Assembly: GCA_963753135.1 (NCBI GenBank) | Contig: CAVWBA010000021.1 | Span: forward strand, 12,166 to 76,165 | DNA from: an uncultured Alphaproteobacteria bacterium | Lineage (GTDB): Bacteria; Pseudomonadota; Alphaproteobacteria; Rhizobiales; Beijerinckiaceae | Length of the DNA stretch: 64,000 nucleotides | Direction: 5' to 3' | Shown here: positions 53,294 through 63,200 of the stretch, in pieces | Layout: each line of letters starts with the position of its first letter | Position numbering within the stretch: the first letter of the stretch is position 1 | Notes under the pieces: generated by a model | The model's database searches: none | What the model was told of the DNA's origin: nothing | What the model saw: only the letters and a program-made list of their open reading frames with translations | Made by a program: the position numbers and the translations under genes

Positions 53294-54896
53294 GCTTCGA
53301 CTCTTCGGCCGAAGCGCGGCGCCTGGCGTCGGGGCGGGCGTGGTCGCCGTTCTCGACTCCGCAAAGCCTGCGAAGCGCAAGACCGGCACGCGGGCGGAGG
53401 AAGTCCTGGCGTTGCAACAGGCCCTATCGCGAGCGTTGGCGGAAGTTGAGGCCTTGGCGGAAAGAGCGACTGGCGAGGCCGCCGACATGCTGAGCTTTCA
53501 AGTCGCGATGCTTTCCGATGACGAGCTGGTTCGCCCAGCGCGGGAGGCCGTCGAGGCCGGCGCGTCGGCCGCCGCCGCGTGGGAATCGGCGATGGACGTC
53601 GAAATCGCCGGCTATCGCGAGGCCGAGGACGAGTATTTCTCCGCCCGAACGGCCGACCTAGAAGACATCCGCGATCGCGTGCTCGGCCATCTGACGTCAG
53701 GCGCCGCCGCTCCCGTCATTCCGCCCGGTTCCGTGGTCGTGGCGGCCGACCTGCCGATCTCGCGCTTCCTCGCCATCGACTGGGCGCAAGGGGGCGCCAT
53801 CGTGCTCACCAAAGGCAGCCCGACCAGCCATGTCGCCATGCTGGCGCGGGCGCGCGGCGTGCCGATGGTCGTGGGCCTCGACGGCGCGCCCGTCGCCATG
53901 GCCGGCCGCGAGGCGCTGGTGGACGCCGCGGCGGGCGAGGTGGTTCTGGACCCTAGCGACACCACCCGGGTCGCCTTCGCCGCGAGGGCGCAAAGCGAAA
54001 AGTCCGCAAATGCGGCCGAAGCCGCCTTCCGCTTGGGTCCGGCAGTCACCAGGGACGGAACCCGGATCGCGCTCAACATCAACGTCGGTTCGGCTCACGA
54101 GCTTGATGGGATCGATCCCGCCATTTGCGACGGCGTCGGCCTCGTGCGAACCGAATTGCTGTTTCACGCGCCAGGCGGACTGCCGAACGAAGAGACGCAG
54201 GTCCAGGCCTATCGCCGCGTCGTCGCCTGGGCGGAGGGGCGGCCCGTGACCATACGCACGCTGGACGCCGGCGGCGACAAGCCGATCCCGGGCGTCACCA
54301 TGGACGGCGAAAGCAACCCCTTCCTCGGCGTGCGCGGCATCCGCCTGTCGCTACGCAATCCGGCGCTGTTCCAAACTCAGTTGCGCGCGCTCGCGCGCGC
54401 GGCCGCAGACCGCGATCTGCGCGTCATGCTGCCGATGGTGACGACGCCGGCCGAACTCGACGCCGCTCGCAAGCTTTTGGCGGAGGCGCTCGCGAGCCTC
54501 GCGCACGACGATATCCCGGCCGCGCGTCCAGAGCTCGGCATCATGGTCGAGGTCCCCGCGGCAGCCATCGCCATCGACCAGTTCGACGCCGATTTCTTTT
54601 CGATCGGGTCGAACGACCTGACGCAGTATGTGACCGCCGCCGGCCGCGACATTGGCGCGGTCGCCGATCTCGCCGACCCGATGAACCCCGCGGTGCTGCG
54701 GCTGATCGCCTCGGTCGCGCGCCACGGGCGCGAAACCGGCCGCGACGTCAGCCTGTGCGGCGACGCCGGCGGCGAGCCTAAAATGATCGGAGCGTTGCTG
54801 CGGGCAGGCCTCCGCTCTCTGTCCGTCGCCCCCGCGTTGGTCGGCGCGGCCAAGCAGGCGATCGCCGCAATCGACTTGCGCGATGCTGCGCCGTGA
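53277..54896 (+). CDS. PTS enzyme I (PEP-protein phosphotransferase)
   Basis: SPTSHVAMLAR, GLVRTE, IRTLDAGGDK, NPFLGVRGIR, SIGSNDLTQY. Confidence 0.95.
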   Translation: MSKVGELRLFGRSAAPGVGAGVVAVLDSAKPAKRKTGTRAEEVLALQQALSRALAEVEALAERATGEAADMLSFQVAMLSDDELVRPAREAVEAGASAAAAWESAMDVEIAGYREAEDEYFSARTADLEDIRDRVLGHLTSGAAAPVIPPGSVVVAADLPISRFLAIDWAQGGAIVLTKGSPTSHVAMLARARGVPMVVGLDGAPVAMAGREALVDAAAGEVVLDPSDTTRVAFAARAQSEKSANAAEAAFRLGPAVTRDGTRIALNINVGSAHELDGIDPAICDGVGLVRTELLFHAPGGLPNEETQVQAYRRVVAWAEGRPVTIRTLDAGGDKPIPGVTMDGESNPFLGVRGIRLSLRNPALFQTQLRALARAAADRDLRVMLPMVTTPAELDAARKLLAEALASLAHDDIPAARPELGIMVEVPAAAIAIDQFDADFFSIGSNDLTQYVTAAGRDIGAVADLADPMNPAVLRLIASVARHGRETGRDVSLCGDAGGEPKMIGALLRAGLRSLSVAPALVGAAKQAIAAIDLRDAAP

Positions 54897-55306
54897 ATGA
54901 CGCTGCTCCCGGCGCAACCGTCGCCGACTATAAGGCGCTTCTGCAGACGGTGTGCGACAAGCGGCCTTCGGGCACGCGCGGGCGGCTCGCCATGGCGCTC
55001 GGCACGAACCGCTCTTTCGTGTCGCAACTGGTCAATCCGAACTATGCGATGCCGATCCCGGCTCAGCACTTGGAGACCATTTTCGAGGTTTGCCACTTTT
55101 CCCCGGCGGAACGCGGCGCCTTTCTGGCCGCCTATGACGAAGCGCATCCGGGCCGGCGCGAAACCGGCGAGTTGGCGGCGGGGACTCGCGTGATCAGCCT
55201 CGTTGTGCCCGATTTGGGAAACGCGCGGAGAAATCAGGAGGTTGACGCCATGCTTGCGGACTACGCGCGGCATCTGGTTCACTTCGCGGCGACGATGAAG
55301 GACTGA
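54893..55306 (+). CDS. Uncharacterised protein with an XRE-like HTH
   Basis: RGRLAMALGTNRSFVSQL; coupled to the EI stop. Confidence 0.65.
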   Translation: MNDAAPGATVADYKALLQTVCDKRPSGTRGRLAMALGTNRSFVSQLVNPNYAMPIPAQHLETIFEVCHFSPAERGAFLAAYDEAHPGRRETGELAAGTRVISLVVPDLGNARRNQEVDAMLADYARHLVHFAATMKD

Positions 55307-55351
55307 AGCCGGGCCCCATGAGCGCCCGCCAGACAGGGGGAGGACGACGGA

Positions 55352-56344
55352 ATGAAGAGACTGATGAACGCCGTCGAGACGATGCTAGACGAGAGCCTCG
55401 ACGGTTTCGCCGCCGCGCATTCCGACATCGTCGAACTCGGACCAGAGCGAAAGTTTGTCCGCCGGCGGGCGGTGACCCAGGGCAAGGTCGCGCTGATTTC
55501 GGGCGGCGGCTCCGGCCACGAGCCTTTGCACGCAGGCTTCGTCGGCCTCGGAATGCTGGACGCCGCCTGTCCGGGCCAGGTGTTCACTTCGCCGACGCCA
55601 GACCAGATGGTCGCGGCAATCGAGGCCGTCGACACCGGCGCGGGCTGCTTGATGATCGTTAAGAACTACGAAGGCGACGTCATGAACTTCGAGATGGCCG
55701 GCGAGCTCGCCGCCGCCAGCGACCGAAAGGTGGAATCGGTTGTGACCAACGACGACGTCGCCGTCCCTAACTCGACCTGGTCGACCGGGCGGCGCGGCGT
55801 GGCCGGGACTCTGGTGGTGGAGAAGATCGTCGGCGCGGCCGCCGAACAGTTGTTGGGGCTCGAGGACTTGCGCGATCTCGGCCGGCAGGTGAACGACCGC
55901 ACGCGCTCGTTCGGTATCGCCTTGTCGCCCTGCACCGTGCCGGCGGCCGGCAAGCCGACATTTGAACTCGGCCCCGACGAGATGGAGGTCGGCGTCGGCA
56001 TCCACGGCGAGCCGGGCCGCCGGCGCAGCAAGATGAGCTCGGCTAACGCCATAGCCGAGGAGATGTTGAGCGCGATCCTCGGCGATCTCGCGCCCTCCGC
56101 CGGCAGCGAATGTCTTTTGCTGGTCAACGGGTTCGGTGGGACGCCGCTCATGGAGCTCTACCTGATGGCCAATGCCGCCCGACGCATCCTCGTGGACCGC
56201 GGTCTTGCGGCCACTCGCCACTTGACGGGCTCACTGGTCACGTCGCTCGATATGGCCGGCTGCTCGCTGACGATAACGCTGCTCGACGAGCGACTTACCC
56301 GGTTGTGGGACGCTCCCGTCAGGACTGCTGCTCTGTCCTGGTAG
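55352..56344 (+). CDS. dhaK: Dihydroxyacetone kinase substrate-binding subunit
   Basis: SGGGSGHEPLH, FTSPTPD, KNYEGD, GRRGVAG, GVGIHGEPG, TSLDMAG. Confidence 0.96.
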   Translation: MKRLMNAVETMLDESLDGFAAAHSDIVELGPERKFVRRRAVTQGKVALISGGGSGHEPLHAGFVGLGMLDAACPGQVFTSPTPDQMVAAIEAVDTGAGCLMIVKNYEGDVMNFEMAGELAAASDRKVESVVTNDDVAVPNSTWSTGRRGVAGTLVVEKIVGAAAEQLLGLEDLRDLGRQVNDRTRSFGIALSPCTVPAAGKPTFELGPDEMEVGVGIHGEPGRRRSKMSSANAIAEEMLSAILGDLAPSAGSECLLLVNGFGGTPLMELYLMANAARRILVDRGLAATRHLTGSLVTSLDMAGCSLTITLLDERLTRLWDAPVRTAALSW

Positions 56345-56723
56345 GGAGGTAGCTTTATAAATGATTGACGGCTCTTCTTTCCCTACACAGCACACCTCGA
56401 CCTCAGCGGCGCGTGCGTGCAGAATAACCATTGCAGTCGCGACTGAATTGGCGAAGGAGGCGAAGGTCCGCTTCGCGTCGACCTGAACGCCCTGGCTCGT
56501 TTTCAGGGGCGGCGGCTCCTGACGCAACCACGCCTTCGGCCAAAGACCGCTTTCTTGCGCTTACCGCCCGTTCGTAGGCCCTATCTCAAAGGGCGCCAAA
56601 GGGCCGACTTTGTCCGTTCGCCGAATTGTCCGGCGACGACCGCTGTTTGCGCGGCGCCACCGTCCAGTCCCCGCGACAGCAACCCACAAGCGATCGCCGG
56701 CTTACGGGCGCGCCCAAAAGCGC

Positions 56724-56841
56724 GCCCCAACGCTATAGGGGTATGGGGGGTTCCGCGCCACCGAACGCCGCAGAACCGGCGCAAGCCTTATTTCCCTGGG
56801 GACTGCCACTGCGGCGGTTGCAGTGCCCCAACGCTATAGGG
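56724..56841 (+). repeat. Two 17-bp direct repeats GCCCCAACGCTATAGGG
   Basis: Identical copies at 56724-56740 and 56825-56841. Confidence 0.85.
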
Positions 56842-56844
56842 AAC

Positions 56845-56977
56845 GAGAAGTCTTCCGATGATCGGCAGACCGGCCGATGCGCCCGCGCCGAAAGATGCGA
56901 AGGAACGGCGCAGGTCGTGGATGCGAACACTCTCCAAACCGGCGGCCCGGCTCACAGCAGCCCATGGCTTCTTGAGT
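56845..56977 (-). pseudogene. Tyrosine integrase C-terminal fragment (distal side of IS66)
   Basis: KPWAAVSRAAGLESVRIHDLRRSFASFGAGASAGLPIIGRLL. Confidence 0.88.
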
Positions 56978-57025
56978 GTAAGCGGCGTTTAGACCGCACC
57001 TTCCAGGGTGTTGGCGGATGGGTGA

Positions 57026-57499
57026 TTGTCTGACGTCGCTGAGTTCGAGCGGGTTAGACACGTGTCGGACACTGAGCTTTTGCACAAATCGAAGCCGGAG
57101 GCGGTTCGCCGGCTTGAGGTCTTCACGGGATCCGGCCGGCGGAGGGCATGGACGCCGGAGCAGAATGCGCGGATTCTCGCTGAGAGCTACGAGAGCGGAG
57201 AGGATGTCTCGGCTGTCGCGCGGCGATATGGGCTGACTCCGCAGCAGTTATTCGGCTGGCGCCGTGACGCGCGAAGTCATGCCGCCCGACGACGGGGAAG
57301 CGATGGAGGCGTGACTTTCACGCCGGTGATGGTGGACGCGTCTATGCCGGATGCGCGGCCGCCTGCTGCAACCGTTCTTCCTGGAAGCGCGGCCGGGATG
57401 ATCGAGATCGTGCTCGGCGCGGCGACGGTTCGCGTCGGGGCCGGGACCGATGTCGCGACGCTGACGAAAGTGCTGCGTGCGGTGAAGGCGGCGACGTGA
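57026..57499 (+). CDS. tnpA: IS66 TnpA (HTH)
   Basis: RRRAWTPEQ, VSAVARRYGL...QLFGWRR. Confidence 0.9.
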   Translation: MSDVAEFERVRHVSDTELLHKSKPEAVRRLEVFTGSGRRRAWTPEQNARILAESYESGEDVSAVARRYGLTPQQLFGWRRDARSHAARRRGSDGGVTFTPVMVDASMPDARPPAATVLPGSAAGMIEIVLGAATVRVGAGTDVATLTKVLRAVKAAT

Positions 57500-57849
57500 T
57501 CACGGTTCCGGCGGGCGTCCGGGTTCTGGTAGCGACGAAGCCGGTGGACTTCCGGCGAGGCGCGGACAGCCTCGCCGCGCTGGCGAAAGAAGAGCTTCAA
57601 CGCGATCCGTTCTCCGGAACGATTTTCGTCTTTCGCTCGAAGCGAGCGGACCGTTTGAAGATTTTGGCGTGGGACGGATCGGGCCTGATCCTGTACTGGA
57701 AGCGGCTCGAGCAAGGCGCGTTTCGCTGGCCGCCGATCAGCGACGGCGTGATGCGGCTGTCGGCTTCGCAGCTCGCCGCGCTCGTGGATGGCCTGGACTG
57801 GTCGCGTCTTCATGCGCGGGATATTCCGGCGCCGGAGACCGCGTCGTGA
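57496..57849 (+). CDS. tnpB: IS66 TnpB accessory protein
   Basis: PVDFRRG, FVFRSKRADRLKIL, WDGSG, KRLEQG. Confidence 0.93.
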   Translation: MITVPAGVRVLVATKPVDFRRGADSLAALAKEELQRDPFSGTIFVFRSKRADRLKILAWDGSGLILYWKRLEQGAFRWPPISDGVMRLSASQLAALVDGLDWSRLHARDIPAPETAS

Positions 57850-57905
57850 AGCCTGTGCTCAGAGGCTGATTTCTCTCCCCAATTGGGCGCAAATCTGATT
57901 CTCTG

Positions 57906-59495
57906 TTGGTCGTGAGCGCCGACGCGAATCAGTCTCCGACCGACATCGACGCGTTGCAAGCGCGCCTGGTGGCGGCGGTCACCGAGCGGGACGCCGCCAT
58001 CGCGGAGCGGGATGCGGCGCTGTCGCGGAACGACCGCCTGCTACATCTTTTGCGTCAGCTGCAGCGGATGCAGTTCGGTCGAAAGTCCGAGAAGCTTGAT
58101 CCTGACCAGTTCGCCCTAGCGCTGGAGGACGTCGAGCAGGCCATCGCGTCTAGCGAAGCCGCCGACGACAAGCAGAACAAGGCGGCTGCCGCGGCGCGGG
58201 CCGAGAAGCGCCGTGCGAACCGCGGCGCGCTGCCGGCTCATCTTCCGCGCATCCATGTGACGATCGAGCCCGAGGACCGGAACTGCCCGTGCTGTTGCTC
58301 GCCGATGCATGCGACCGGCGCTGACCTCTCAGAGCGCCTGGACGTGATCCCTGCGCAGTTCCGGGTGATCGTGACGCGCCGTCCCAAATACGCATGCCGT
58401 GCTTGCGAGCAGGCGGTGGCGCAGGCGCCGGCGCCCGAGCGGTTGATCAAGGGCGCCCTGCCGACCGAAGCGATGGTCGCCTCCGTGCTGGTTTCCAAAT
58501 ATGCCTGGCATCTGCCGCTCTACCGGCAGGCCCAGATGCTGGCCGTCCAGGGTCTCGACATCAAGCGCTCGGTCCTGGCGTTCTGGGTCGGCTATGCAGC
58601 GGCCGAGCTCAAGCCGGTCTATCTGCGTCTTCGCGAGCTCATCCTGGCTTCCGGCAAGATCGTCGTCGACGAGACGAAGGCGCCTGTGCTCGATCCCGGC
58701 CGCGGCCGCGTCAAACAGGGCTATCTGTGGGCGGTCGCCCGCGACGATCGGGCATGGGGCGGGAGGGATCCGCCGGCGATCGCCTACGCCTATGCGCCGG
58801 GCCGGGGCGCCGTCCATGCTCTGAAGCTGCTCGATAGCTATCGGGGCGTCGTCCAATGCGACGGTTACGCCGCCTATAAAAACGTAGCCGCCAATTCGCC
58901 GGACGGCAGGATCGTGCTCGCCTTCTGCTGGGCCCACCTGAGGCGCAGGTTCTTCGATCAGGCCAAAGGCGCCGCTCCGATCGCCCGCGAAGCGCTCGAA
59001 CGCATCGCAGCGCTCTACGCGATCGAGAAGTCGATCCGTGGCATGAGCGCCGACGTGCCTCGCAGGGTGCGCCAGGAGAAGAGCAAGCCGCTCGTCATGG
59101 CGTTCAAGCCTTGGCTCGAGCAGCAGCTGGCGCGCGTCTCTGGCAAGGCCGAGATCGCCGAGGAACTCCGCTACGGTCTGAACCACTGGGAAGGGCTCGT
59201 CCGCTTCCTTGACGACGGCCGCATCGAGCTCGACACGAACATCGTCGAGCGCGGCATCCGCCCGATCATTCTCAACCGCAAGAACGCGCTTTTCGCGGGC
59301 CATGACGAGGGCGCGGAAAATTGGGCCTGCGTCGCCTCGCTGGTTGAGACCTGCAAATTGAATGATGTCGATCCGCAAACCTACTTCGCCGATGTCCTCG
59401 ACATGCTCATCAATCTCTGGCCCGTCGCGAGCATCGACGAACTCATGCCCTGGGCCTGGACCAAGTCGCGCACCGCAGATCAACTCGCCGCTTGA
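57906..59495 (+). CDS. tnpC: IS66 TnpC transposase
   Basis: FGRKSEK, HLPLYRQ, VDET, CDGY, CWAHLRRRF, DTNIVERGIR, RKNALF. Confidence 0.95.
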   Translation: MVVSADANQSPTDIDALQARLVAAVTERDAAIAERDAALSRNDRLLHLLRQLQRMQFGRKSEKLDPDQFALALEDVEQAIASSEAADDKQNKAAAAARAEKRRANRGALPAHLPRIHVTIEPEDRNCPCCCSPMHATGADLSERLDVIPAQFRVIVTRRPKYACRACEQAVAQAPAPERLIKGALPTEAMVASVLVSKYAWHLPLYRQAQMLAVQGLDIKRSVLAFWVGYAAAELKPVYLRLRELILASGKIVVDETKAPVLDPGRGRVKQGYLWAVARDDRAWGGRDPPAIAYAYAPGRGAVHALKLLDSYRGVVQCDGYAAYKNVAANSPDGRIVLAFCWAHLRRRFFDQAKGAAPIAREALERIAALYAIEKSIRGMSADVPRRVRQEKSKPLVMAFKPWLEQQLARVSGKAEIAEELRYGLNHWEGLVRFLDDGRIELDTNIVERGIRPIILNRKNALFAGHDEGAENWACVASLVETCKLNDVDPQTYFADVLDMLINLWPVASIDELMPWAWTKSRTADQLAA

Positions 59496-59570
59496 ACCGG
59501 CAGCCTTCCGACCGGGCGCCCAAAATTCAACGTCAAGCAATCATCACAGTGCCCCGTAAAGGACGCTTAC

Positions 59571-60575
59571 TCTTGAGGTCCGCCCGCGGTGCGCCATCCT
59601 TCGATCCAGCAATCACATGCGGGTTGCCCGCGACCCGCAGAACGTCTCGCAGCACCTTTTGGGCGGCGGCTGAGAGGTGGAGTGCTTCTTGCCTGCTTTT
59701 GCTGTCGGCTAGGAAATTCAGTCCGCGCTCGAGGTCGATTTGCACCCATTTGGGGTGAAGAATTTCGCGGAGGCGAGCGCCAGTGAGGAGTAACAGCCGA
59801 AGGGCTGCCACAGCATATGGGTCAAGCTTGACGCGCCGATGGTCGGCCTTCGCGGCGTGCTTCGCTGTCGCTTTGGCTTCGTCAACGGAATACGGCAACC
59901 CAACCGTCTCCCCTTCCCGCAGCGCGTCGCCTAGTCGCGCCAATTCTTCGCTTGTCAAAAAGCGTTCTCGCCCCTGCTCGCGATATTTCTTGATGTTCTT
60001 CACCGGGTTCTTCCCCTCGGGAAACAAGCCCGCGCCGGCCGCCCAAACAAAAGCCTTTGACAAACAGCAACGGCGCGATTGGCGGCGTAGGGACGACCGG
60101 CCATGCAGAAATGCAGGGTCGCGACGTGCGAGCGGGTCAGCGCCGTGGACTTCAGCGCTCCATGAGCGCGGCATAGCTCTTCGAGCGCTATCCGATCGTC
60201 TATCGCCGTTTCGGGCTTGAGCATCGGTCCGATGTATCGAGCATCAAAGAAGTCGATCAGCTCGCTGACTGTCAGAGAGGCCGGACGCTCCGCTTTCTCC
60301 TTTGCGGGATCTTCGCCCAGCCGGACAGCAGCCAGTATTTCGGCGGCGGCTTTGCGGGCCTGATCGGGCGTCAATTGAGAGGTCTTGGCGAGCGTGACAC
60401 GCTTTTTGGCTACGCCGCGCCCGCCGCCATACGGTCGATATTCGCAAACCCACGACTTGATGCCTGGGGGATAGACCGCGACGCTGAAACCAATAAGATC
60501 CGCGTCCTATTCGTTGTATGGCTTTGAACGGGCCTTGAGGCCCGCGAGGGATCGTTTAGTTAGTTTCTCCACCAT
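59571..60575 (-). pseudogene. Phage-type tyrosine integrase, N-terminal part (in-frame TAG at 60507-60509, frameshift ~60085, split by IS66)
   Basis: KLTKRSL, arm-binding region, RERFLTSEEL, LLLTGARLREIL, DSKS, APRADLK at the IS junction. Confidence 0.9.
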
Positions 60576-60715
60576 CAATGCACTCGCGCCCAAATCGCGA
60601 CCGAAAATCAACGACGGGAAACGATCGGAAAGCAGCAGTATATCGCACCGGGCGATTTGCAACAGATTTGTAGGCTCAAGAGGTGGATAGAAATGAGTAG
60701 AAATCGTGGTCCGTG

Positions 60716-60762
60716 AGATTGTGGATCTGGAGGTCCCCGTTCGAGCCGGGGTGGCGGTACCA
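60716..60762 (+). repeat. 3' half of tRNA-His(GTG), att-site remnant
   Basis: AGA-TTGTGGA-TCT anticodon arm, CCCCG-TTCGAGC-CGGGG T arm, TGGCGGT-A-CCA end; no 5' half or D arm upstream. Confidence 0.85.
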
Positions 60763-60925
60763 TTGATAAGGCAGTCGGCGGGAATTCCGGTTGAACTGAG
60801 ACGGGTCACTGCAGACTCGAGGTCGCGAAGACGTCTTGAGCCGCGCCTGGTTCTAATGTCCTCGCGAGACTTGCTTGCTCCCGCTTGACGGCGAAGAGCG
60901 GGTCCCGTTGGAGCAAGCTTGAACC

Positions 60926-62026
60926 ATGGAATCGATCGAGTGTCTCGTCGTCGGCGCGGGCGTCGTTGGGCTTGCCGTCGCGCGAGCGCTCGCCCGGGCC
61001 GGGCGAGAAGTGATCGTCGTCGAGCGCGAAAGCGGGATTGGAGAGGGCGTCAGTTCGCGCAATAGCGAAGTCATCCATGCCGGCATCTATTATCCGACGG
61101 GGCTTAACAAAACGCGGCTCTGCGTCGAGGGCAAAGCGATGCTGTATGCGTTTTGCCGAGAGTTCGGCGTTCCGCACCGGCGATGCGGCAAGCTCCTGGT
61201 GGCGGCGAACGAAGGCGAGGTCGACAAACTCGCCGCGCTCAAAGCCCAGGCCGAGGCCAACGGCGTCACCGATCTCATCTGGCTGAGCGGCAAGGAGGCG
61301 CACGCGCTCGAACCCGCGCTGGTCGCGGAGCGGGCGCTGCTGTCACCCTCGACCGGCATCATCGACGCTCATGCCTTCATGCTGGCGCTCAGCGGCGACG
61401 CCGAGGCCCATGGCGCGATGATCGCGCTCGAAACGCCTGTCCTCGCAGGGCGCGCCGCGGAAAGAGGACTTATCGTCGAAACAGGAGGCCACGCGCCCAT
61501 GCGCATCGCGGCGGCGCTTGTCATCAACACCGCGGGTCTCGGCGCGCAGGCGATCGCGCGCTCTATCGTCGGAATGCCCGCCGACAAGATTCCACCGTTG
61601 CATCTCGCCAAGGGCAATTACTTTGTCCTCAGTGGGCGCTCCCCCTTCTCGCGCCTCATCTATCCGATGCCGACGCCGGGCGGCCTCGGCGTGCATCTCA
61701 CCCTCGATCTCGCCGGACAGGCCAAGTTTGGCCCTGACGTCGAATGGGTGGGCGCGATAGACTATGCCGTCGATCCGGGCCGAGCGACGACCTTCTATGC
61801 CGCGATCCGCGCCTATTGGCCGGGCCTGCCCGACGGCGCGTTGCAGCCGGGCTACGCCGGGGTCAGGCCAAAGATCGCGCGTCCTGGCGGCTCGACCACG
61901 GATTTCCTCATCCAGACCGAAAAGGATCACGGCGTCGCCGGATTGATCAACCTCTTTGGCATCGAGTCGCCAGGCCTGACGGCGAGCCTGGCGATCGCGG
62001 ACCGGCTGGCTCAAGATTGGTTTTAA
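60926..62026 (+). CDS. L-2-hydroxyglutarate oxidase-like FAD oxidoreductase
   Basis: [48 protein letters not shown]. Confidence 0.9.
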   Translation: MESIECLVVGAGVVGLAVARALARAGREVIVVERESGIGEGVSSRNSEVIHAGIYYPTGLNKTRLCVEGKAMLYAFCREFGVPHRRCGKLLVAANEGEVDKLAALKAQAEANGVTDLIWLSGKEAHALEPALVAERALLSPSTGIIDAHAFMLALSGDAEAHGAMIALETPVLAGRAAERGLIVETGGHAPMRIAAALVINTAGLGAQAIARSIVGMPADKIPPLHLAKGNYFVLSGRSPFSRLIYPMPTPGGLGVHLTLDLAGQAKFGPDVEWVGAIDYAVDPGRATTFYAAIRAYWPGLPDGALQPGYAGVRPKIARPGGSTTDFLIQTEKDHGVAGLINLFGIESPGLTASLAIADRLAQDWF

Positions 62027-62549
62027 TAACCCTAAAAAAAGGCCTGCCTAACCTCCATCCCTCCTGATGGCTCGAGCGTACCCGGACCCGTCAGCGTTAA
62101 AAAAACGGCAGAGAAAGGCAAACTCGGGCTCGTTTCGCTAAGTGACCGTTTCAACAATGATGTTCTGTTCAACTGGCGTGGGCGCTAACGGCTTTCCGGT
62201 TTTTGGGGGACGGATGCGACTGCCGGCGTCACGCGAACTCGTCCCGGGCGCGGGCGGGGCCTCCGACCCGGCCGGATTCAATCCGACCAATATCACCGTC
62301 ATCAACGGTGAAATTATTCAAAGCTAGCGGCGATATGGGCTGTGGGTCTCGAACGGGACGCCGGGACGCACGAACTGACCGGCATAACCAGGCGCCGATC
62401 CCTTTCAGGCGGGTCACGCCCAGCTATGATCACCGACGAAACCGTAGCCCGCACGCATGAGCCGGAGCCTCGACGACCGACATCGGAATGGACCCGTCGG
62501 GTCTCGCCCGTTTACGATGGCGGTCTGGCGACGATTGCTGCCCGGCAAG

Positions 62550-62960
62550 CGGGTAAACGCTCTGCGATCAATGAAGGCCGGCCTACTGGAGTTTTCGGAC
62601 CAATCGGCCGTAGGCGTTTCTTCGAGCACAAGATTAATGAAGAGTGAAGCCTATATTGATTGGACGCAGAGCGCAGAAACTGTTCGCAACCAGATCCACG
62701 GACTGTCGCCATCGCTTGGCGCCTTTTCAAGGGAGCCGGCTCGCGGAGCGCACATTAAGTTTCTACGCGCTGAGGTGACGACTGGTAGCGGGGCGCCAGG
62801 CATCCTCCTCCGCGAAGATTTGCGCATCGCATGCGGCGAGGGCGCCGTACAAATTCTCCAAGTGCAGCGTCCCGGCAAATCTATAATGAGCGGTCGCGAA
62901 CTGATCCATGGCGCAAGGCTTGTTCCAGGAGCGATCTTCGCACCAGCAAATGTGCGTTGA
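62550..62960 (+). pseudogene. Methionyl-tRNA formyltransferase C-terminal fragment
   Basis: EAYIDW, IHGLSP, IACGEGAV...VQRPGK; no N-terminal formyltransferase domain. Confidence 0.7.
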
Positions 62961-63200
62961 TTTAGGGCGCCATAGTTTGATCGGCGATCGGGCCCTCGTT
63001 GTTCGAGGCGGCTAGTATCGACTTACGCGAAGGGGGAATGTCCCCGTTCACTTCGAACCTTGATCGCTCGGCAAGCCTTTACCGAGCTGGCGACAGCCGG
63101 TCGAGGCCGCGCCGCGAGGCGTAGCGCGCAACGCGCCAGCCTTGATGGGCGGCGGTCTGGCCGGCTCCGCCCGAGCGGTCATGGTTCAGCTTGCCTTGCG

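Larger units (their letters stand above)
56978..59570 (+). mobile_element. IS66-family insertion sequence, apparently complete
   Basis: GTAAGCG...CGCTTAC termini, tnpABC, flanks TCTTGAGT / TCTTGAGG (8-bp target duplication, 7/8 match). Confidence 0.93.

Noticed and set aside
60680-60762. Functional tRNA-His gene
   Set aside because: The acceptor 5' strand and D arm are absent; it is only a 3' half
62142-62327. 61-aa ORF and a possible riboswitch downstream of the lhgO-like gene
   Set aside because: No RBS, no motif, no convincing structure
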